A stretch of 64,000 nt of DNA from an uncultured Porticoccaceae bacterium (GTDB lineage: Bacteria > Pseudomonadota > Gammaproteobacteria > Pseudomonadales > Porticoccaceae), in contig CBFIGD010000003.1 of the NCBI GenBank assembly GCA_965662065.1, forward strand, positions 60,141-124,140. The letters are read 5' to 3'. Shown one piece after another: positions 27,366 to 34,965 of the stretch. The position numbers and the translations under genes are program-made. The notes under the pieces were generated by a model. The model had not been told where the DNA came from, ran no database searches, and saw only the letters and a program-made list of their open reading frames with translations. Each line of letters opens with the position of its first letter. Within the stretch, counting starts at the first letter, position 1.

Positions 27366-28523
27366 TTACCAGAGCTTTTTATAGATCTCGATGATCTCTT
27401 GTGCGCTGGGAACCCTTGGATTATTGCCCGGAGATCCAGATGCCAGTGCCTGCTCAGCCATCACTTCGAGGTTGTTGAAAAAGTGCTCGCGCTGAATGCC
27501 AAATTGCGCTGGTGTAGGCACCTGGAGTTCTTCGTTGATGGCATAGAGTTCGGTCATCAGTTTTGCATTGGCTTGGTCGGTGCTGTCGCTTTCGCTGGCC
27601 ACGCCCATGGCGCGGGCGCAGTCGGCATAGCGCTCTGCTGCAGCGGGAATACTGTACTCGGTCACCATAGGCAGCAGCATGGCATTGGAGAGACCATGAG
27701 GCACATGGTAAAAGGCACCTATTGGACGCGACATACCATGTACCAGTGCCACTGAGGCGTTAGAGAAGGCAATGCCAGCCAATGTAGAACCCAGCATCAT
27801 TTCTTCGCGGGCCTGCTGGTGGCTACCATCATGAAATACCCTGCGTAGATTCGGTGCCAAGAGTTTCATCGCAGCAATGGCCTGGCTATCGCTATAGAGG
27901 CTGGCCTTTTTACTGACATAGGCCTCCATGGCATGGGTCAGGGCATCGATACCTGTATCTGCAGTGGTGCGTGCAGGCAGGCTTAATGTGAGGTTGTAAT
28001 CCACCAGCGCGGCGGTGGGCATAAAGCCAATGCCGACACAGAGCATTTTTTCATCATTGGTTTCATCGGTAATAATGGTCACCCGGGTACATTCAGAGCC
28101 GGTGCCTGCGGTAGTGGGAATGGCAATAATCGGTAGGCCAGGTTCGGTAACCACCCGGGGGAATTTATAGTCACGCATTACGCCGCCGTATTTACCCAAA
28201 ATCGAAATGGCCTTGGCGCTATCGATAGGACTGCCGCCGCCAACAGCAATAATACTGTCATAGTTGCCGTCGCGTACCTGATCAACACCAGCCTGAATTG
28301 AACTGACGGTTGGCTCTGGCACTGTGTCTTGGAAAATATCCGAGTCGATGCCAGCGGCACTAAGGCTTTCTTGAACGGCACTTACATAGCCGAGCTGAAC
28401 CATCATGTTATCGGTAATAATTAATGGGCGACGGCATTCCAGTGCGCAAATGATATTGCCGACTTCTTTGCTGGCGCCGTCGCCAACTTGCAGTATGCGC
28501 GGTAGAATTATTTGGGTAGACAT
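27366..28523 (-). CDS. dddB: Iron-containing (group III) alcohol dehydrogenase, DddB-like
   Basis: GGGSPIDSAKA and His-rich metal motifs (HAMEAY, LVHGMSRPIGAFYHVPHG). Start moved to ATG 28523, 4 nt after the dddT stop. Confidence 0.85.
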   Translation of the reverse strand: MSTQIILPRILQVGDGASKEVGNIICALECRRPLIITDNMMVQLGYVSAVQESLSAAGIDSDIFQDTVPEPTVSSIQAGVDQVRDGNYDSIIAVGGGSPIDSAKAISILGKYGGVMRDYKFPRVVTEPGLPIIAIPTTAGTGSECTRVTIITDETNDEKMLCVGIGFMPTAALVDYNLTLSLPARTTADTGIDALTHAMEAYVSKKASLYSDSQAIAAMKLLAPNLRRVFHDGSHQQAREEMMLGSTLAGIAFSNASVALVHGMSRPIGAFYHVPHGLSNAMLLPMVTEYSIPAAAERYADCARAMGVASESDSTDQANAKLMTELYAINEELQVPTPAQFGIQREHFFNNLEVMAEQALASGSPGNNPRVPSAQEIIEIYKKLW

Positions 28524-28527
28524 AGGG

Positions 28528-30081
28528 TTAATCCTGTGTGGTGATTGCAGAATCAGAGCTTGAAGATTCATTATGCAGGGATTTAAAGAGTCCGAAAGCC
28601 GCCATAATTAAAACAATTGAGAAAGGCAGTGCGGCTACAATTGAAGCCGTTTGGAGTGCCTTGAGGCCACCGGCATAGAGCAACACTGCAGCAACAGCAC
28701 CTATAGCCAGCCCCCAAAATATGCGAAAGCGCGGTGCCGGTTCTTCATTGCCCATGGAAATTAATGTGCAGATAACTAATGTTGCCGAGTCTGCGGAGGT
28801 GACAAAGTATGTGACCAGCATAATGGTGCAGATGCCTGCCATAAGGGGTGTTAGCCACTGGCCCAGATCCATCAGGTCAATGGTTTTAAACAGCGCCGTG
28901 GTGGTGTCTTGATTGACTGCCTCGACCACGCCGCCATCGCCAAATAGCTCTATATACATGCCAGTACTGCCAAATATAGTGATCCATAAAAGCGCCAGCG
29001 CGGTGGGCGCCAGTAGCACGCCTAGAACAAACTCGCGCAATGTGCGGCCGCGAGAAATGCGGGCGATAAATACAGCCACAAAAGGTGACCAGGCAATCCA
29101 CCAGCCCCAGTAAAATATAGTCCACCAACCCTGCCAGGGGTTTGCTTTGTCTGGATCAATCCACAGCCCCATAGCCGGCGCGTTAATCAGATAATCAATG
29201 CTGTTATTAAACAGCGAGCTGAGCTGGTAGCTGGTTGGACCAAAGATAAAAAACAGTAGCAGTATCAATAGCGTTAGGCGCATATTAAATACGCTGAGAA
29301 TGCGAATGCCACGATTGACGCCGGTCAGTACCGAAATGGTCGCGAAAATGGATATGCCAGCAATCAGAATCATTTGATTGCTGATCGCAATGTCTATACC
29401 GACCAGATAGTTAAGCCCAGCATTCATTTGTTGAGCGCCCAGGCCGAGGGAGGTGGCAATACCAAAGACTGTGCCTATTACTGCCAGTAGGTCTGCAATA
29501 AAACCAATAGGGCCATAAATTCGCTCCCCAAAAATGGGGTAGAGGCTGGAGCGAATCGCCAGTGGCAGACCTTTGCGATAGGAAAAATAAGCCAGAGACA
29601 GTCCCAGCACCGCATATAGTGCCCAACCGTGGAGTCCCCAGTGCATAACCGTGAGACGCATGGCGATCGAGGCAGCCTCTGGCGTCATAGATAGGCTCGG
29701 ATCAAGAAAGGGGTTGGCCTGAAAGTGCGCTATGGGTTCGGCAATGCTGTAAAACAGGATGCCAATTCCTATGCCGGCACCAAATAACATGGAGAACCAG
29801 GCGAACAGGCCAAACTGTGGCTGGTCCGTGTCTGCACCCAGTCGAATACTGCCAAAGCGGCTAAACACCAGATATAGCGAGAGCAGTAAAAATACATTCA
29901 TCAGCCCTATGTAATACCAGGCCAGTTCAGTGGAAATATAATTTTTGGCACTGCCGTAGACCGAGGCCGCGTACTGAGGGTCGACAACGGTGAAAATGAC
30001 AAACCCTAATACCAATAATGCAGAGCCAATCGCCATGACGGGATGAGCACCGGCTAAGAAGCCACTGGTTTGGTTGGACAT
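28528..30081 (-). CDS. dddT: BCCT-family transporter, DddT-like (DMSP importer by context)
   Basis: BCCT signature GWWTIFYWGWWIAWSPFVAVFIARISRGRTLRE. Divergent from the dddD-like gene. Confidence 0.85.
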   Translation of the reverse strand: MSNQTSGFLAGAHPVMAIGSALLVLGFVIFTVVDPQYAASVYGSAKNYISTELAWYYIGLMNVFLLLSLYLVFSRFGSIRLGADTDQPQFGLFAWFSMLFGAGIGIGILFYSIAEPIAHFQANPFLDPSLSMTPEAASIAMRLTVMHWGLHGWALYAVLGLSLAYFSYRKGLPLAIRSSLYPIFGERIYGPIGFIADLLAVIGTVFGIATSLGLGAQQMNAGLNYLVGIDIAISNQMILIAGISIFATISVLTGVNRGIRILSVFNMRLTLLILLLFFIFGPTSYQLSSLFNNSIDYLINAPAMGLWIDPDKANPWQGWWTIFYWGWWIAWSPFVAVFIARISRGRTLREFVLGVLLAPTALALLWITIFGSTGMYIELFGDGGVVEAVNQDTTTALFKTIDLMDLGQWLTPLMAGICTIMLVTYFVTSADSATLVICTLISMGNEEPAPRFRIFWGLAIGAVAAVLLYAGGLKALQTASIVAALPFSIVLIMAAFGLFKSLHNESSSSDSAITTQD

Positions 30082-30181
30082 AGGTAGATTTCCCCTGAGA
30101 TTTTATTATTTTAATAATCATCTTATAACGATACGATTCTTATTGTTATCCATCTAAATCTTTGCTGCAACCACTAAAAAA

Positions 30182-30236
30182 CATGTCTTTGGCCATAAAA
30201 TATTTATGCGCCCATTAGTAAAATCATGTCTTGGGC
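30182..30236. promoter_or_regulatory. Direct repeat CATGTCTT(T/G)GGC (two copies, 43 bp apart) in the dddT/dddD divergent control region
   Basis: Copies at 30182-30193 and 30225-30236, each followed within a few nt by TAAAAT/TAAAAT-like sequence. Candidate regulator-binding sites. Confidence 0.35.
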
Positions 30237-30391
30237 TAAAATCAAGAATGGCGGGCGACGCAGCCCAGTTATACGAAACCCAGGTATAAAAAAATATTGG
30301 CCTTAGGGGCATTATTTGTTGCTGGTCTGGTGGCGACTTGGTTCCTATGATCGCGGCATATTCAGGCCGGGCTCAGAGTGGGAACATCCCT

Positions 30392-33001
30392 ATGCAAAAT
30401 CACAGTCATTTACCTCTTTCAGGGGTTCGCGTTGTCGACTTCGGACAGCAAATTGCAGGCCCCGCCGTGGCCATGGTGTTGGCTGACCTGGGGGCTACGG
30501 TAATCCATATTGATCCGCCCGCAGGCGCGCAGTGGAAACATCAAGCTAATGCCATTTTGAACCGCAATAAAAGCTGCCTGACGCTAGATTTAAAAAGTGC
30601 CGAGGGTTTGGGCCAAGCCATGCAGCTAATTGATCAGGCGGATGTGGTGCTTGAGTCATTTCGCCCCGGTGTGATGCAGCGACTGGGTATCGACTTTGCC
30701 CAATTGCGTGAGAGCCGCCCCGAGTTAATTACGCTGTCAGTGCCAGGCTTTGCCAGCAATGATGTGTTGCGCAGTCAGTGGAAGGCCACCGAAGCGGTGG
30801 TTGCAGCCACTGCAGGTGCCTTTACTGATATGGGCTTTAACCGCGTGCTGATGGGTTTAAACCCCTGTTTCTCGCCATTGCCTTTGGCGTCGTCCTACAC
30901 TATAACGCTGGCGGCAAGCTCCGTAGTGCTGGCGTTGTTGGCCAGACAGAGATCAGGTTTTGGTGATCATATAGAAGTGCCGGTGGTTGCGGCGATGATG
31001 GAAGGGCTGTCTTACAACTCCTATCAGGTGGCAGATCTACCCGAGCGATACAAGACCATGCGCGAGCTGGAAATTGAGTATCGCCGGGCTAACGGCATTG
31101 CGTTTGATCTTAGTTATGAGCAGCTGCAGGAATATCTAGATCCATTTTATCGCACTTACGAATGCGCCGATGGGCGCATGTTTTATGTGGTCTGCCCCTC
31201 TCATCGCAATCATGCCCGCCGTTGCCTGGAAGCACTTGGACTCTATGATGAGATGCTGGCTGAGGGCATGCCGGAGGTAGAAAATCTGCACCTGCCAATT
31301 AGCGAATGGGAGGGTGAAGCCTCACTGGGTGTCTATCCGCTACCAAAAAGATGGGCGGATATTATCAGTGCAAAAATGAAGCTAGTTATGCTCACCAAAA
31401 CGTCTTCCGAATGGGGGGTGATTTTCGGTGAGCGTCAGATTCCCGGTGCGCCCCACAGAACCACAAAAGAATGGGTAAACAGTCAGCACTGTAATGATGC
31501 AGGCCTGATTGTTGAAGTGGATGATCCTGAGTATGGTTTGATGAAACAGCCGGGCCCAGTCGTTTGGTTGGAGGAGTCTGCGCAAAAAATGCTGGCACCT
31601 GTAGCACGCAAGTTTGTTTCTTTTGATCAGGCATTGGCGGAGCTGGTCGCGTTACAGTGCAAGCCTATTGTGCAAGACTTGCACGCTGATCTATCCGCGG
31701 GCTGGTTGCAGGGTCTGCGTGTACTGGATTTAACCAATGTGATTGCTGGGCCTCATTCAACGGCATTTCTGGCCCGCTTTGGTGCCGAGGTGACCAAAGT
31801 TGAGCCCGTAGTACCCACGTATGATCCGCTGATTGGCACTCTGTTTGCGTTTCAAGCGGATATGGGTAAACGCAACGCCCTGATTGATATTAATAGTCCA
31901 GAGGGCCGCGAAGCATTTAATCGTTTAGTACGCTCGGTAGATCTGGTGGTGATCAATGCGCCAGACCGTCAGATGAAGCCCCTGGGGTTGGATCATGACA
32001 GCCTGCAGGCGATCAATCCCGGTGTGCTATTTTGCCGACTCGACTGTCTGGGTGGGCCCATGCCTGCACGCAAGAGCAACTATATTGGCTACGACGATAT
32101 TATTCAGGCCAACAGCGGCATAATGAGTCGCTTTGGCGGCGTCGACACGCCAGAGGAGCACGCACATCTGGGTACGCTCGATGTGAACTGTGGCTTTGCC
32201 GGTGGCTTGGCGATGGCAGTGGCGCTGTATCACAAGGCTAAAACCGGTCAGGTAAGCCGTGCACGCACGTCACTTTCGGCGGTCACCAATTTGGCGCAGC
32301 TGCCATTTTGTTTCGACTATGCCGGACTGGAAGATTTTAATGAGCCCTCTGGCCGTCAGGCGATGGGTAATCATGCCTTATCACATTTTTATGCGACCTC
32401 AGATGACTGGATATTCCTGGATGCGGATAGGGCAGATCTGAGCCAATTGGAAAATATTGAAGGTCTGCAGGGCATTGCGATTACGGCGGATATATCGACC
32501 TTCTTGACCGTCGCCTTCCAGCAGGCCTCTGCCGAAAAGTGGATGACACGCTTGCTGGCCGCAGATATCGCCGCCGCGCAGCCTCAGTCTATTGAAACCC
32601 TGCGCGAGCAATATAGTCGGGTTGCCGATGGTAGCGTGGGTATAGAGCGCGGCAGCTTTGCCTTTTCGATCTACCCAGATCACCCCAGCGGCCATCAGCT
32701 TACGCAGATTGACCATTATGCAATTCGCCCACAAAACGCGCGTATCTTTGCCATCAGCCCCACAGAGGCTCATGGTCATTCCACCGCTGAGGTATTGTCT
32801 GATGTGGGTTACAGCCAGGCGCAGATTGATTCTATGCTAGAGCAGGGTATTGCCGGCCTTGGCTGGGGTAAGACATTCTTGCCCGCCGATACCATGGGTG
32901 AGCCGTTGCCTGAATTAGAGGGTCTTTTCAGCGCAAAGGAGACAGAGACTGTAAGTTGGATCGATACCGAGTCGACCGATGGAGATATCTTGATCAGATA
33001 A
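30392..33001 (+). CDS. dddD: DddD-type DMSP CoA-transferase/lyase (two fused class III CoA-transferase domains)
   Basis: Two CaiB-like domains in one polypeptide. The first begins LSGVRVVDFGQQIAGPAVAMVLADLGATVIHIDPP. The second begins mid-protein at LQGLRVLDLTNVIAGPHSTAFLARFGAEVTKVEP. Gene order dddD <> dddT-B-C-R matches the published Marinomonas MWYL1 arrangement. Start set at ATG 30392; the ORF opens at 30338. Confidence 0.85.
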   Translation: MQNHSHLPLSGVRVVDFGQQIAGPAVAMVLADLGATVIHIDPPAGAQWKHQANAILNRNKSCLTLDLKSAEGLGQAMQLIDQADVVLESFRPGVMQRLGIDFAQLRESRPELITLSVPGFASNDVLRSQWKATEAVVAATAGAFTDMGFNRVLMGLNPCFSPLPLASSYTITLAASSVVLALLARQRSGFGDHIEVPVVAAMMEGLSYNSYQVADLPERYKTMRELEIEYRRANGIAFDLSYEQLQEYLDPFYRTYECADGRMFYVVCPSHRNHARRCLEALGLYDEMLAEGMPEVENLHLPISEWEGEASLGVYPLPKRWADIISAKMKLVMLTKTSSEWGVIFGERQIPGAPHRTTKEWVNSQHCNDAGLIVEVDDPEYGLMKQPGPVVWLEESAQKMLAPVARKFVSFDQALAELVALQCKPIVQDLHADLSAGWLQGLRVLDLTNVIAGPHSTAFLARFGAEVTKVEPVVPTYDPLIGTLFAFQADMGKRNALIDINSPEGREAFNRLVRSVDLVVINAPDRQMKPLGLDHDSLQAINPGVLFCRLDCLGGPMPARKSNYIGYDDIIQANSGIMSRFGGVDTPEEHAHLGTLDVNCGFAGGLAMAVALYHKAKTGQVSRARTSLSAVTNLAQLPFCFDYAGLEDFNEPSGRQAMGNHALSHFYATSDDWIFLDADRADLSQLENIEGLQGIAITADISTFLTVAFQQASAEKWMTRLLAADIAAAQPQSIETLREQYSRVADGSVGIERGSFAFSIYPDHPSGHQLTQIDHYAIRPQNARIFAISPTEAHGHSTAEVLSDVGYSQAQIDSMLEQGIAGLGWGKTFLPADTMGEPLPELEGLFSAKETETVSWIDTESTDGDILIR

Positions 33002-33139
33002 TGTGCATCAGCCATCGTTGTCAGCGTCGATTCTGCCCAGGGTGTCGATGTTTCTGCTGAGTTGCAGTTGGTGACGGCGGCGGCTTACAGGACCATCAGA
33101 TCACCAACATTGCTTCAATAGCGGCAACTAAATTAGGCT

Positions 33140-34174
33140 TTATAAACTTAGCTGCCAGCCCAGGACTAAGGAATAATCCGTTTCTAATTGTGGGCCGTTT
33201 AAATCTTGGTAAACCGATCTTATAAATTCAACCGCTAAACGGTTTGTGGTGGAGCCTGGCATAATCCAATTAAGGCCAGCAGCTAAATCCACACGCTGAC
33301 CGCCACGTAAATCAGGGTCTGCTGTTGGCACCATGTTTTTCATCATTGGGTTTAGTTTATTGCTTTCACCATCTACGTCGTCCCAGTATTCATAGGCCAC
33401 CCGAACTGACCAGCTGAAAGAATGCGCGAAGGGACGTGCATGCCAGGCTGTCATCATGATGCGATCACCCAGGCTGTAGCCATTGTCGTTTTCATCCAGG
33501 CGTAATGTCGCAATAGTTTGCACGCCCCAAGAGTAGGTTGGCTGGTGACTGTTGTAAGTCAGGCCAGGCTTAAGATCATAGGTCCCTGAGCCCACTTGCA
33601 TGGCATAGGGTAGAACAACCTTGTTGCCCATACTCATACCAGTCACATCTTTCTCATCGATGGAGCCTGTGGGCAGGCTAAGGCTCATATTTACTATTAG
33701 CGTACTGTTTAGGGTTTCTTTTAAACGGTACAAACTACCGACTTTGATATCACCCAAACCATCAGTTCCGGTAGTGAATGTTGACCGCATGGGCATCATG
33801 CCCGTGCCACCCATCATTAGCATACTATGATCCATTTCATTGCTAATCACTGGCACCATTAGCATCAGCGTTAGATCATTACTAGGGGCGTACATAGCAC
33901 CTAGCATATGCATTTCCATAGACATATTTTCTGGTGCGACACTGTAGTCGTCTAAAATCTTATTGGTACTAATATTGCTGCTGCCATCGAGATTGCCATC
34001 CATTTCCATCAGCATATAGCGGTAAGAAAACATCCATTCGCCTTCGTTGTGCATGTGCTCGCCCATAACACCTACAGGGCCATGGCTATCGGCGCGGCGG
34101 GATGCGTCGGCCAAAGCGACAGAGCCGAGTAACAAGACAAAAAGAAAGGTAAAGAGAGAACGAAACAACAACAT
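33140..34174 (-). CDS. Met/His-rich outer-membrane beta-barrel protein (Phenol_MetA_deg-like 'transporter' family, tentative)
   Basis: Signal peptide MLLFRSLFTFLFVLLLGSVALA and alternating beta-strand pattern with a C-terminal ...LVLGWQLSL. Met clusters include HMHNEGEWMFSYRYMLMEMDG, MSMEMHMLGAMY and MDHSMLMMGGTGMMPM. Confidence 0.6.
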   Translation of the reverse strand: MLLFRSLFTFLFVLLLGSVALADASRRADSHGPVGVMGEHMHNEGEWMFSYRYMLMEMDGNLDGSSNISTNKILDDYSVAPENMSMEMHMLGAMYAPSNDLTLMLMVPVISNEMDHSMLMMGGTGMMPMRSTFTTGTDGLGDIKVGSLYRLKETLNSTLIVNMSLSLPTGSIDEKDVTGMSMGNKVVLPYAMQVGSGTYDLKPGLTYNSHQPTYSWGVQTIATLRLDENDNGYSLGDRIMMTAWHARPFAHSFSWSVRVAYEYWDDVDGESNKLNPMMKNMVPTADPDLRGGQRVDLAAGLNWIMPGSTTNRLAVEFIRSVYQDLNGPQLETDYSLVLGWQLSL

Positions 34175-34276
34175 AACAGCCCCATGGATGGTAAAAAACC
34201 GCAGACTATCAAAGCGTTGAGTAAAACAGAATGTGACATATTGTCACAGGCACAAGGCAAACATGAACCTTGGCTT

Positions 34277-34963
34277 TTAAATAAGTGCTCTAAGGGCAGC
34301 CAGACCCACAGGTTTGCCATTGTATTCTGCCATTGCATCGAGCAGGCAGTCCCAGAGAAACTCCGCCATACTCACATCAGTGAGAACATAGAAGCACTGG
34401 GTACTGCCCAAATCATGGCGAATAACAATAGCGTTAGCCTTGGCCACAGATGTTTGCGCAACTTCACCATTGGCAAATTTATGGGCGCGCAGGTCCACCG
34501 CACAAATTTTAGAGAACATCTCTGCCGCCTGGTCACCTGTAACCGCGAGCCAGCAGTGACTATCGGCCCTTGGCAGCGCATAGGTCTGTGGCCCGACTGG
34601 ACTGTTGTTTAATTGCTCGATTTGAGTGGATGCCGCACTCAGGTCACTGAGTACTAATAGCTCTTGATGTGACAACTTTGCCACCAGACCTGCATCTATT
34701 TGCAAGGCGCAGCTATTGGGCTGCTGGGGTACGATAACCCCTAGCGTCGCAGCCCAGTCTGGTGCCCCGGCACCTTTATAGCCAGTGCGCGGCAAGGTTG
34801 ACAGGTCTGCAAGCCCCAGCTGTTGTGCCTGTGTTAGTTCAGTTTGGGCGCCATAATGCTTGACCAGTATCAGATCACCGCATTGCTCAAACTCTGCACC
34901 CAGTTCAGTATGGCGGCGAGATAGCTGGCTGCGGCGTATTGCCTGTGTTGGGGTAATACTCAT
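34277..34963 (-). CDS. soxG: Sarcosine oxidase gamma subunit
   Basis: Position directly after soxA (2-nt gap), ~228 aa, and SoxG-like sequence. Confidence 0.85.
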   Translation of the reverse strand: MSITPTQAIRRSQLSRRHTELGAEFEQCGDLILVKHYGAQTELTQAQQLGLADLSTLPRTGYKGAGAPDWAATLGVIVPQQPNSCALQIDAGLVAKLSHQELLVLSDLSAASTQIEQLNNSPVGPQTYALPRADSHCWLAVTGDQAAEMFSKICAVDLRAHKFANGEVAQTSVAKANAIVIRHDLGSTQCFYVLTDVSMAEFLWDCLLDAMAEYNGKPVGLAALRALI

Positions 34964-34965
34964 GG

